This document shows positions 12,520-24,715 of a stretch of 64,000 bases of DNA, piece by piece. The stretch is from contig NC_068994.1 of assembly GCF_001194135.2 (NCBI RefSeq), positions 24,494,944 through 24,558,943 on the forward strand, read 5' to 3'. This DNA is from Octopus bimaculoides (Eukaryota). The notes under the pieces were generated by a model. It made no database searches, had not been told where the DNA came from, and saw nothing but the letters and a program-made list of their open reading frames with translations. Positions within the stretch are counted from its first letter, which is position 1, and every line of letters starts with the position of its first letter. The translations under genes and the position numbers were made by a program.

Positions 12520-14618
12520 TTGTCGACAGTACAGTAGTGATTATTTATTGTTTGGATTTATTCCCTCTCCTCAGAACTGTCAGTTACCAATGTGCCTTCT
12601 TTGCTATCAAACATTGACCAGCGAAGCAATGAACCCTTCACGCTTGAAGTATCACTTTGATGCAAAGCATCCTGACAAGGCGCACAAGCCATTGTCATAG
12701 GTTTTGCAACAGAGCTCCTCTTTCAAAAAGTAAATACAAACATTCAACACGCTACTCCAGGAAACTAGTAAACAGGAGAATGATGGGTTGATTGTACAAC
12801 ATTGCATTGCTTGTTGGTAAGTCTGGGAACTTTCACACAATTGGAGAAACATTATTTCACCCAGTTCTCTAAGAAGTTTTGTCAACCATTATGTGTTATA
12901 TCGCACGTTCGGATGGCGTGCCTTCACCAATAACATACCTTTACTCTACTACTGAACTCTCACTTCCAACGACTCAACTCAACAGAACTTGATGTCTAGT
13001 CTACCAACGGCTCCGGCTCGCTGTATGTGATGCTTCTACGACTAGCTATCACATCCACTATTTATACATATTTGACTAGCCTACTCGTTGTCTGTGGGCG
13101 TCCACACAACATTATGCACAAAAAACCCAATAACATTATGAAGATCCCACTTAGTAATAACACAATTTCTCGAAGCATCAATGAAATAGCCAATGATGTC
13201 AAACATCAGTGAATTAATATTCTCCAGTGTTCTGAATTTTCTATACAAGTGGATGAGTCAACTGTTGTGGACAATCAATGTTTGACAATGGTATATGTTC
13301 TGTATTTCAGCGAAGACCTTCAACCTTTTGAGGAAATGCTGTTCACAGAGAAATTGCCACTCAATTCAAGAGGTGCAACTACTTTTCACACTCTCAAGTC
13401 TTTCATTTTTGAATATAATATCCTACTCAGTAATATTCTTGCCTGTGCATCTGATGGAAACCCTTTGATGATAGGAAGATACAGAGGTTTGTTTTTCATC
13501 TCTCCTAAAGCATGAAATTTCCCACCAGATACTAACTGTTCATTGCTTGGCACATCAGCAGCATTTAGTGGCAAAATATATGAATGGTAGGTTGAATGAT
13601 GGACTACAGTTAGTTATCAAGACTGTGAACAAATTGAAGTCCAGTCCCTTGTCTGATTGAATTTTCCACCAACTCTGTGTGAGAAATTATGAGGACTATA
13701 CTAAACTCTTATACCATACTGAAGTAGAGTGGCTGTCAAAAGGAAACTGTGTTTTACGCTTTGTTGAACTGTTTCATATAATCATATCTTTCTTTGAAGA
13801 TACTCCACTCTCCACTTCATTGATGGCTGCAAGGTATGGTATCTTTTTTCTTTGTGATATAGCCACAAAATTAAATGATTTGAATAAGTTATTGCAAGGA
13901 AACAGAAAAACTCTCATTGATTGTAAATCATTTATCACTACCTTCATTTTGAAATTAGTGTTGTATAAGACTAACATTTCAAAATGTCAATTCCATCAAT
14001 TTCCACAACTTATTTCTTTGAAAGATCAATTAGTTGATGAGGATTTAACTACATATCACAGCTATTTACAATTATTGCATGATAACATGGTGGAGCAATT
14101 TCAAGATGTTATTGCACTGAATATTCCAAATTGGTATAGCATTCTGTTTGAGGTCAATGCAGTCGATTGCGAGGATGACGTTCAGTAGGAACTGACAGAA
14201 TTACAAAATGACAATGACACCACAATGTGATATTGCCGTAATGGCAAAGAAGGTTTGTGGTACCACCAGAGTATATTGAATTCCTACCACATCTGAAATT
14301 ACTTTTGCTTGCCTTCCCTACCTCATACCTGGTTGAATTCGGTTTTAACCATGTTTGAACTTTACTTTCCCATAAAAGAATTGGACTGGATGTGACACAA
14401 CGAGATCTGCGGCTAAAGATTACAATTTTGAAACTGAATGTATCTGCACTAACTGCATTGCACCAGACACACGGTTCTCATTAAAATGTTTTATTCTTTT
14501 CCTTTATAATACAATCATTAATTATTTTTGCATTGGTAGTTCTTATCAATGGTTAATTTGTGAAAATGATAATCAGTGTAAAAGAAAGCACAATTTTTCA
14601 AAAGTTTGGGAAACACTG
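12520..14618 (+). mobile_element. Decayed hAT transposon, Buster/Charlie (ZBED5/ZBED8-like transposase) family
   Basis: BED-like PMCLLCYQTL..EAMNPSRLKYHFDAKH, IPLSNNTISR, DEST, SDG, HTEVEWLSKG and FPTSYLVEFGF motifs with many stops. Right TIR AAAGTTTGGGAAACACTG ends at 14618, followed by CTGTAGAG. Left TIR not seen (possibly in gap 12082-12276). Confidence 0.9.
12894..13111. mobile_element. Solo LTR nested in the hAT transposase
   Basis: 218 bp, TGTT...AACA termini, perfect 5-bp TSD TTATG (12889-12893, 13112-13116). Removing it restores EVLSTIMHKKPNNIMKIPLSNNT. Confidence 0.8.
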
Positions 14619-15004
14619 CTGTAGAGGAAGTACAAAGTTACCCAGCCAGGGAGAGAGATCAAGAATGAAGACAGTAAGAGGTGCGCTGCCACAAAGGAAA
14701 TACATGGTTACTCAGCCTGAGGGAAGTGCAGGAGAAAGAGAGAGAGAGTGGGAGACAGCAGGATAGAGATGGTGACAAAGTGCCAGGCATACACAATGAT
14801 ACAGTGAGACAGGATGTGGGTGGAACACACAGGTCGCAAACTAGCAGAAAGCAATGATACAGTGGCACAGGGCCAAGAGGACAGGAGTGAGGAGTGGGAA
14901 GTAAGCCTAATGCATGAAGTGGAAATGTGAGGAAGAGAAGAGATGTAGTTTGGTTTGTTGTGGTAGAGTATGTGAGAAATTTTCTATTTAAGTGTAGGTG
15001 GGAC

Positions 15005-16008
15005 ACAGCACTTCTAGCATTCAGTTTTGCTGATGTGAGCAGGTCTTCTCAAGAACTTCATATCGCTAGACATCTCCGTCCATTGTCATTTCTTCCGTGA
15101 AGCCCAGCATACTGAGATCAGCCCTTATCACTTAATCCTACTTCTTCTTAGGTTTCTCTCTTCTGCAGGTACCATCTACTTTCATATGCTTCACATCCAA
15201 ACCAATGTAGTCTTCTCTCTTGCATGCTACATTTGGTTCCTCTTATGCCCAACTTTTCTCTCAATACATTTGCACTTTGTCACACATGTACACTGATGTT
15301 GCACATCCAACTGAGAATACTACCTTCATTTCTCTCCAGTCTACACGTCTTCTGCATTCAAAGCCCATGTCTCACTACCATGGAGTATAGCCATTCGCAC
15401 AAACATCATAAAGTCTACCTTTTACTCTGAGAGAAAGTCCTTTTGTTGCCTATAGAGGTAGCTCTCTAAACTTCCTCCACCCAATTCTTATTCTAGAAAC
15501 AATACTTTCAGAGCATCCTCCACCATTGCTAATTTGGTCACCTAGGTAACAGAAACTATCTACAACCTCAAGAGAGCCTCTTAAGTTCTGTGTGCTCTTA
15601 GTGCTTATTGTTCCTGCACATCTGCCATATAGAAAGGCAACTTTATTTGTTAACCTACTTGTTATTTCACTGCAACTCTTATGTGTCCATAGTTTACACT
15701 GGGTGCAGCAAATGGAATTTCTTCCATCTCCTTTCCTACATATTTAACAGGGCCATTTACCTGACAGAAAGAGAGTTTTAACAACAACTTTGGTCTTTGC
15801 TAAGTTAACTTTAAGGCCCTTTGATTCCAAGTTTTTGTTTCCATACCTGGAATTTTTTCTCCAATTCTGCTAAAGTTTCTGCAATAAGATCAAGGTCATC
15901 AGCATATAGCATTTCCTATGGGCACCCAGTTTTGAATTCTGTTATGACCTGGAGGACTATAATGAATGAGAGTAGGCTGAGAACTGAGCTCTGGTAAACC
16001 CCAAGCTG
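15005..16008 (-). mobile_element. RTE-clade LINE fragment (RT C-terminal half)
   Basis: Frameshifted equivalent of GVHQGSVLSPLLF...GCPWELLYADD...ESKGLKVN.AKT on the minus strand; homologous to 34.5-35.6 kb and 37.2-38.3 kb. Confidence 0.7.
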
Positions 16009-16013
16009 TATGC

Positions 16014-17489
16014 TATGGTACTGTTACTACATGTTTCTCCTAGCGAGAAATATGTAGTAACAGTACCATACAGTACAGCTTATTTGCTAATGCAACGTCA
16101 CAGTCCTGCGCAGAATGATGTTACTACTTGTTAACCCCAAAAAAACATCTTTTCCAGCTGGCTACCAACACATGATCTGCATCCGTATACTGTGAGAAAG
16201 GCAGTCTACTGCTCCCTTTCTAGCCATAACGATACCTTTAGACCAATTTTTTCTGGGTAATTTCCCTTCCTTGGTACAGGACAACTGCCAGCTAGAGTTA
16301 GCAGTCAATCACTCTTACTCACAGTATATAATTTTAAAGTAATACAACAGTTACTGATCAATAAAGAGAAAATGACTAGTTTTAAATCTCTGAACGAGAA
16401 ATATGTAGTAACTGTACCATACAGTAAAGTCTATTTGCCAATGCAATGTGCTAGTCCTACACGGGATGATGTTCCTACTTTTTAGCCCCAGGAAAACATC
16501 TTTTTCAGTTGGCTACTGACACATGATCTTTGTATACTGTGAGCAAGGGTGTCTTCCGCTCCCTTTCTAGCCACAGCCATACCTGTAGACCAACTTTTTC
16601 TGGGTAATTTCCCTTACTCGGTACAGGACAACTGCCAGCTAGAGATAGCAGCCACTCCCTTGCTCACAGTATATACTGTGAGCAAGGGAGTATACCGCTC
16701 CCTTTCTAGCCACAGCCATACTTGGAAATACTTGTAAAGTGACACACAGCCACTAATCTTGTGAAGAGAAAAACAACTAGTTTCAAATCTCTGGGCTAGA
16801 AATGTGCAGTAACTGTATCATACAGTAAAGTCTGTTTGCCAATGCAACACGCCAATCATACGCAGGATGATGTTACTACTTTTTAACCCGAGGAAAACAT
16901 CTTTTCCAGCTGGCTACCAGCATATGATCTGTGTCTGCATACTGTGAGCAAAGTGGTCTACTGCTCACTTTCTAACCACAGCTATACCTGTAGACCAATG
17001 GTTTCTGGTCAATTTCCCTTACTCAGTACAGAACAATCACTGGCTAGAGATAGCAGTCACTTGCTCTTGCTTATACTATATACATTTAAAGCAACACACA
17101 GTCGCTGATGTTGTAATGAGAAAAACAAACTAGTATCAAATCTCTGAGCGAGAAATATGTAGTAACAGTCCCGTACAGTAAAGTCTATTTGCTAACGTAA
17201 TGTGGTAGTTCTGCACAGGAGGATGTTACTACTTTATAGCTTCGGAAAAACATCTTTTCCAGCTGGCTACCAACACATCTTCTGTGTTTGTATACTGTGA
17301 GCAATGGAGTCTACCACTCCCTTTCTAGCCAAAGCGATACCTGTAGACCAATGGTTTCTGAGTAATTTCCCTTACTCGGTACAGGACAACCGCTGGCTAG
17401 AGACAGCAGTTACTCACTCTTGCTCACAGTATATACTTTGAGCAGGGGAGTATACCACTCCCTTTCTAGCCATAGCCATACCTGTAAAC
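16014..17489. repeat. Tandem array of ~350-bp units (4 copies), left block
   Basis: Marker GAGAAATATGTAGTAAC recurs at ~16045, 16396, 16797 and 17150. The array begins with an inverted 26-bp fold-back (16014-16039 vs 16045-16070). Confidence 0.9.
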
Positions 17490-20400
17490 CAGTGATTTTC
17501 AACCAGTGTGCCACGGTATACAGGTGTGCTGTGAGATCTTCCTAAGTGTGCCGCGAAATTTTGAATGACACATTAAGAAAATGCGAAAAACCACGTGATC
17601 CCAATCAAGTATTCACAGTCTGTGGTATAACATGTTGCACCACATAGCTTTGTTCATTTAGAGATAAGTGAAATGTTTCCAAATGTCACAATACTAAAAT
17701 TTCTATATCTTTTATTGTTTCATTTGTCATTAGTATTGATCATATGAATGGATATTGGTTAATACTTGTCTTAAGTTGGGACACACCCCACACCCCCAAA
17801 AGAAAAAAATTTATATCATGCATCTTTTTTCCACTTTTATGGTAGAATCTACCTCTAAAACTGAGACAAATGATATATTTCTTTTTCCTCTGGTCCTAAT
17901 TTTTGCTGAGACATGACCAAAAATGGTTGAAAAATAGCGTAATTTTCAGAATTCTTTTGAGAAAATCCAAATAAGCTATGAAGGTGGTTTTTACATTTTT
18001 TAGAATCTGATAACCCGTCATTGTATAGTAACAAAAGCCTTTTTTTTTTTTTTTTTTGATATTTTGGGAAAAAAAAATTTATTGTCATTAGTGGATGGAC
18101 AATAAAAAAAACTGAAAAAAATCACATTTTTTTTTTTTATAAAAATGACTAACATTTTTTCAAGGCAGAATTTTTTTTAAAGGCTTCTGTCATGATGAAG
18201 CTACTATTATGAGGAAGGTCTCCTCAAAATTTCAAGCAAATCTATTGAGTAGATTTTTTGGAAAGAGCTTTGAACTTTTGATAAGTACCCATTTTGAGAA
18301 AATTACCTGTACAGAATTGAAACACAAATGTCAGCTTCTACCTCTGTTTCAGAACAATCTGTGGATGATTCCAATGATTTAGCTCAGAATTCTCTGGTTC
18401 ATGCTACTTAATAAGTCTATGTTAGCTTCCTTTTACTCATATTTTGTCTTGCTTCATCTCTATATGCCATAATTTCCTAATTTTTGGGTGGATTATCGCA
18501 TTGGAAGAGTGAATTTGGCCGCCATGTTTACATTGTGATGGTGGACTGTGTGGTCATGTGATGTACTGGACCAATCAGCGGGCACCATTTACCGAGTGTA
18601 GCTGCAAAGGAGGCTCAGTGTGCATTTGCTTGTTCAATATGGGCCAATTTTCAAGCTTTTTACACCAGTGAGTTCTAGTGTTTCATCACCTTATGCTAAT
18701 GAGGGTATAGTAGAGGTCTATAGCTGTTTACTGGTGCATGGAACATAGCATAAATGGTGGATTTACGATGTGTTGTCAGTGTGCTAAGATTGACTATTTT
18801 TGTGTGTAATGCATCGAAAATTGATGATTTCCAGCTAGACATGGTTTCATAAAACATCTGTTTTAGGTTGGAAGACATATTTTTATTGTTTTGCTGTGTT
18901 TGTGCATGAAAGAGAAAACTTTGTGGGACCAACAGACACTGTCATCTCAATATAGACAATCCTACCCAAAACTGTCATAGTGATATTTCATCACCCTTCA
19001 CAATGGATAAATATTTGAAAAGGAAAAATATTAATGATGAGTCCAGAGGCGAACAATCATCAACCTCTATTGTCAAAAAAGAGAAACATTAATCAACAAT
19101 ATTGTGAAAATTATTTGAAATTTGGATTTTATTGGCCTGGTGATGTTGACATACAAATCCATCATGCATAGTGTGCAGTGAAACAATGTCAAAAGAATCC
19201 AATGTACCAAGTAAATTAGAAAGACATTTTAACTCAAAACATTTATCTCTGAAAGATAAAAAGCTTGATTACTTTCAAAGACTGTTAGAGCAGAAATCAA
19301 AATAGTGAAGTTATTTTGAAAAAATAATGATCTTGTCTGAACTAGCCCAACTAGCATCAATTCAGGTGGCTGAAATAAAAGCATCAACATCTGAATCCCA
19401 CATGCTTGCTGAGTCAGTCATCCTCCCAGCTTGCAAAAAGATGGTAAAATCCATGTTTGGTGAAAAAGCTGAAAAGGAATTGAACAATATTCCGCTTTCA
19501 AATGATACAATACATTGAAGAATTCTGTTGAAAAATATTGAAGACAATGTTCAGAAAAAGCTTAAGAATTCAAATTTTGCTTTAACCTTGAATGAATCCA
19601 TTGACATCAGTAATAATAGTCAATTGCTTGCATTTGTATGTTTTATTGATGAGAATGAAATAATCAATTTTTGTGCTGTAAAGAAATGTCCACAACTACA
19701 AGAGGTCAAGATATTTTTGATTTGATAACAGGTTACCTCAAAGAAATGAATTTGTCTTGGAAGTCTTGTGTTGGCATTTGCACCAATGGAGCTCCCATAC
19801 ATGACAGGCTGTATTACAGGATTTGTATCCTTCATAGAGAAAGAAAATCCAAATCTCATTCATACTTATCGCTTTCTATATAGAGAAGTTCTTGTTTCAA
19901 AAATATTGCAGGAAGATTTAAAGGTTTTGTTATATCAAGTTGTTGGAATGGTCAGTTATATAAAAAGTAGGCCATTGAAGTCATGATTATTTGAACAACT
20001 GTGCAAAGAGATGGACTGTCAGCATGTTAAGTTGTTAATGCACACTGAGGTTCACTGGCTGTCGAAAGGCAAAGTACTAAATCGTGTTCACGAACTTCAC
20101 AAGGAATTACTATCATTTTCTCTCAAGGAAAAGCAGGAGAAATTCTGTGAATACCTTAGTTGTGAATTTTGGATGTCTAAAATGGAATACCTAACAGAAA
20201 TATTTAGTGAACTAAATAAAACAAACAGTAGAATGCAAGGTAAAAATGAAAATATTCTGACTTCAACTTGCCTTCAAAAAGAAAATTGTGATTTGGGAAA
20301 AAAAGAGCAATCACTGGTAATTTTGATATGTTACCTTTATTGCATTCTACCTGCTTTAGAGAAATGATCCCTATTGTGTTTACTCATCTGACAGCCCTGG

Positions 20401-20993
20401 ACGAAAGCATCAACAATTACTTTCTGAAATTAAAGACAGAAAAGTATGGGATTAGAGATCCTTTCATTAATCATTCTTCCAACATAGAACTTGATTTACA
20501 GGAAGAAGAAGAATTGGCCACCTTCTAGTGACCGAGGGTTAAAATTAAAACATTTGAGTCTGCCCATTGATTCATTTTGGATTTCAATTCAAGAGGAGTA
20601 TCACATATTCTGTAAAAGAGCTTTCGCAATTTCATTACAATTTTCAACTTCTTACATATGTAAATTAGGCTTCTCAACATTAAACAACATCGAAAACAAG
20701 AAGCGCAAGAAATTGCGTACAACAGAAGAAGAAATGAGGGTGTATCTGTCTCATATTCAACCAAGCATTGAGGAAATTATGAATAAAAGCCAGGCACAAA
20801 TTTCTCACTAAAGAAGCCAGCTATTTAACTGATGAAATTTGAAACACTGCAATAAAGTAAGTTCATAGCTGTGTTTTTGAGTCATTCTGTGTGTCTCTGA
20901 CTAGTCTGTGTCTACAGTTATATGCTGTCTATGACTTGCAATGTTCTTATTTTGCAAAATTCAAATATTTTTCGTATATTTAGTTAGGTGTGC
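17490..20993 (+). mobile_element. Second decayed Buster/Charlie-type hAT transposon, inserted into the tandem array
   Basis: Left TIR CAGTGATTTTCAACC preceded by CTGTAAAC. Transposase remnants from ATG 19003 (YLKFGF..., IPLSNDTI, HTEVHWLSKG, FSTSYICKLGFS...QAQISH, stop 20811). Right TIR absent. Confidence 0.9.
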
Positions 20994-21009
20994 CTTTATT
21001 TTCCCAGGG

Positions 21010-22070
21010 AAATTTCCCTTCCTCGGTACAGGATAACAGTACCTGGCTAAGGATAACAGTTACTCGCTTTTGGTCACATCATATACATTTAAAGCGACAC
21101 ACAGTCACTAATCTTGTAAAGAGAAAAACAACTGGTATTAAATCTCTGAGCAAGAAATATGTAGTAACAGTACAGTAAAGTATATTTGCCAATGCAACAT
21201 GGCACTCCTGCGCAGGATGATGTTCCTACTTTTTCGCCCCAGGAAAACGTCTTTTCCCTCTGGCTACCAACACATAATCTGTGTCTGTACACTGTGAGCA
21301 AAGGAGTCTACCGCTCCCTTTCTACCTGTAGTTTCTGGGTAATTTCCCTTCCTCAGTATAGGACAACCACCAGCTAGAAATAGCAGTCATTCACTCTTGT
21401 CAGTATATACTTTTAATGTGACAATTAGTTTTAAATCTCTGAGTGAGAAATATGCAGTAACAGTACCATACAGCAAAGTCAATTTGCCATTACAATGTCG
21501 CAGTCCTATACAGGACGATGTTACATTTTAGCCCCAGGAAAACATCTTTTCCACTGGCTACTGATACATGATCTATGTCCATATACTGTGCACATGGGCA
21601 TCTACCGCTTCCTTTCTTTTTGTAGCAATACCTGTAGACCAATGGTTTTGGGGTAATTTCCCTTCCTCAGTACAGGACAAATGCCTGCTAGAGATAGCAG
21701 TCACTTGTTCTTGCTCAGTGACACACAGTCGCTGATCTTGTAATGAGTAAAACAACTAGTTTTAAATCTCTGAGCGAGAAATATGTAGTAACAGTACCAT
21801 ACAGTAAATTCTATTTGCCATTGCAATGTGGCAGTCCTGCGCAGGACAATTTGGAAGTTGTCCCATACCAAAGAAGGAAAATTACCCAGAAGCCATTGGT
21901 CTACAGGTATCACTACAGCTAGAAAGGGGATGGTAGCCTCCCTAGCTCACAGTGTATGGACATAGATTTTGTGTTGGTGCTGGCAAGAAAAGGTGTTTTC
22001 TTAGGGCTAAAAAGTAGTAATAACGTTCTGCATATGACTGTCATGTTGCGTTAGCAAATAGATTTTACTA
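21010..22070. repeat. Tandem array of the same ~350-bp unit, right block, ending in an inverted ~215-bp copy
   Basis: Marker at ~21152, 21445 and 21776. 21855-22070 is the reverse complement of part of the unit. Confidence 0.9.
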
Positions 22071-22299
22071 TATATATGTACATGTATATTTATATATATA
22101 TATATAATTATTATGGAGTGGTTTTTGCGCTTCCACCCTTTTTCTGTAATTTTTTACTTTCTCTTGAAAATTTTTCAGGTTCGTGTCTTATACATTTGAA
22201 ACGTTTTCAAAAAAAAATCTAAAAGCTGGAAAACTGGGATGGGGGATAGTAGGACAACAGTTATTTTTTCATTTTTATTTTTGTTTGTGATTGTGCATG

Positions 22300-23400
22300 T
22301 AAGAGGGGAGTGGAAACACCAAGTGCTGGATTATGGTATCCCCTGGGAGCAGGATTTTTGTGTTGTAATCCATGTTTTCTGCCACTGCTGTTGACTTAGA
22401 TATTGATATTTTGTGGTGCTGTTGCTGTTGTCTCCACATTATTGCTGAAATGAGTTAATGCTATTGTTGATGTTGGTATGGATGTTGTTATTGTTTTTCC
22501 TCATTTACCCTTACTGCTGTTGCTTATGCCTTACTTGTCACATGTCATTGTTATGGTGTCAGCAGCAGGATAGCCATTTCCACTCCCACTCCACCTTTTC
22601 TGTTTTCATTGTTTGGTAAGTAGGCTATCAGATGGTTGATTCTTCCACACAGTGGCATCTCAGCCTTCTACAGTTACTTGCAGCTCTGTCCCTTTCAGCA
22701 GAGAGATGAGACGTGGAATCTTTTCCAGATGTTCAGGATTTTTTGGAGAAAAACCTCTAGTATAGTCTCAAACTAGTTTTTCCTGCTTGTTCTCTTTCTG
22801 TCCAACAGGGTATCATTTCCCTCCAACACTCTGCAAGTTAGGATCCACTAGAGACCCAGCTTTGGTAGGACATCCTGTATTGTTAACCTCATTGTCCTTT
22901 CCAAATAGGTAGGGAAGAGAACAGTCATCACTGTGGTGGGTAATTACTGAGTGTTGAATTGCCTTACATTGGACTTACTCCGTGCAGAACTGCCTTACCC
23001 TCGGTATATGTTGGATATATGTTGCTATACATTATGGAGGGCTGTTCCAATGTGTGTTTGTCGTTGTCTCCTTTTGAATGATACTGTGACGATATTTTAC
23101 TGTCTTTCTAGCAGTTACAGCTTGAGTTTCAGGTTGGAGGTATAAGAGCTGTCCTTTTTCCTGCAATTATCTTAAATAAAGTGATGCCTTCAAGTTTGGT
23201 TCTCTTGTCCTCTAGGGAGAGACTATATGGCTCCTCCTGGAAAAATGACCTTGTTTCTTTTGCTGTTGGTATTATTGTTTTATTGTTGGTGATGTTATTG
23301 CTGTTGTTGTTGCTTCCATCACTGATGTCATTGTTGTCATTACCATTGTTGAAATTGTTGCTGCTGCTGCATTGTTTATCTGCCTCTTGCATGTCAAAAT
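22300..23400 (-). mobile_element. Possible decayed gag-like ORF1 of a non-LTR retrotransposon (L1/Tx1-like)
   Basis: Minus strand IPRLISLLKGTELQVTVEG followed, after a frameshift, by MPLCGRINHLIAYLP, resembling a VTVEGRxPxC..GH...CP zinc knuckle. Highly degraded. Confidence 0.4.
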
Positions 23401-23439
23401 ATGCATGTAGTGACTATATGCACTTATGTATTTATGCAT

Positions 23440-23720
23440 GGTTACACTTATGTATATTCATAAGTGCAGTCATGTGGTTTTGGGTTCAGGCTCACTATGC
23501 AGCACATAGGGCAAGTGTCTTCTACTATAGTCCCAGCCTAACTAAGGCCTTGTGAGTGAATTCAGTGGTCAGAAAACTGTATAGAAGTCCATCATATATA
23601 TGTACATGTGTTTTTAGTTGTCCCTTCACCACTTGACAACTAGTGTTGGTTTGTTTATATCCCCATAACTTAGTGGTTTGGCAAAAGAGACTAGTACGAT
23701 AGGAACCAAACTTAAAAGTA
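23440..23720 (+). mobile_element. tRNA-headed SINE family A, partial copy
   Basis: GGGCAAGTGTCTTCTACTATAG...GCCTTGTGAGTG...AAACTG..AGAAG.CC core shared with 40627-41016. Confidence 0.7.
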
Positions 23721-24248
23721 TGTAACAGGAGCAAACTGAAACCTGATTGAGGAGAAGGAAAGTAGAAGATAGAGTAAATGAAATACCACTAAAAGGATAG
23801 TCGTTGCATGGTTTGCAAATTATTGGGAGAGTAATTTAGGCTTTTATATGTATTCTATAACATATAAATAATGTATTAACAATATAAAATAAATGGAACA
23901 CTCAGGATACATCATAGTAACAGAAATAATGGATCTGATTGAAATAGTTTAGTATTATGATGAGATAGTGAAAGATAGCAGAAAATTAGAACTTACATAC
24001 CTTATAAGGTGAGTGACCAATAATATAAAGTAGATAAGGTTAAATATCATCACCATTCTTGTCTTAACATCACTTTTCCTTTCTGGTATGTATCAGACAA
24101 AAGTTATTGATGCAAATTTTCTTTGGCCCAATGCTCCTCCTGTCAAAAACCATCACCTGTCTATTTGTCTGAATGTCTGTCTATCTACCCAGCTATATGT
24201 TTGTCACACTTTCTCTCTCTGAATATTTGTCTCTATCTATCCATTTAG

Positions 24249-24535
24249 GCTGTACCAGAAAATCAGAAAGAGTAACTGGTGGACATTCATGTTTTTTTCA
24301 AGTGAAACTGTCCATGTATTCTGCATCCATCGGAACATGGAGGGTAAAAGTACAAGGCAGTCACAATGGACCAGTAGACTCCTGGAAGAACTCAATCAAC
24401 CATAAAGATGAAGTGGGTAACAGAAATCTGGATTTTTTTAATCTTGATGCTACTCATTCTGTTAACAGTTCTGGAAATGACTTGATAACTTCACAAACAG
24501 ATGCTATCACAGAATCTGTATACTTGAAATCTGAT
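24249..24535 (+). CDS. Coding exon 2 of the same gene (CTRKSERVTGGHSCFFQVKLSMYSASIGTWRVKVQGSH...YLKSD)
   Basis: Pyrimidine-rich acceptor ending CCATTTAG|GC (phase 1, completes a Gly codon with exon 1). Open frame. Donor GAT|GTAAGT at 24535/24536 (phase 0). The Cys pattern continues across the splice. Confidence 0.8.
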
Positions 24536-24715
24536 GTAAGTTAATCAGAACTTTTTGCTTTTTATTTTAAGTAAATATAAACCATGAGAGCAGGAACCTG
24601 ACATATTTATGTCTGGAATATCAGTAAATATATTTTATTCTATAGCTAAAAGTGTATGGTATAATAACAGCTAATATCTTGAATATATTTCACTACTTCA
24701 TTTAATATGTTAATC

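Noticed and set aside
16014-22070. Tandem units as a CRISPR array or hammerhead retrozyme array
   Set aside because: The whole ~350-bp unit is repeated with no unique spacers, the DNA is eukaryotic with no cas genes, and no conserved CUGANGA/GAAA core is present on either strand.
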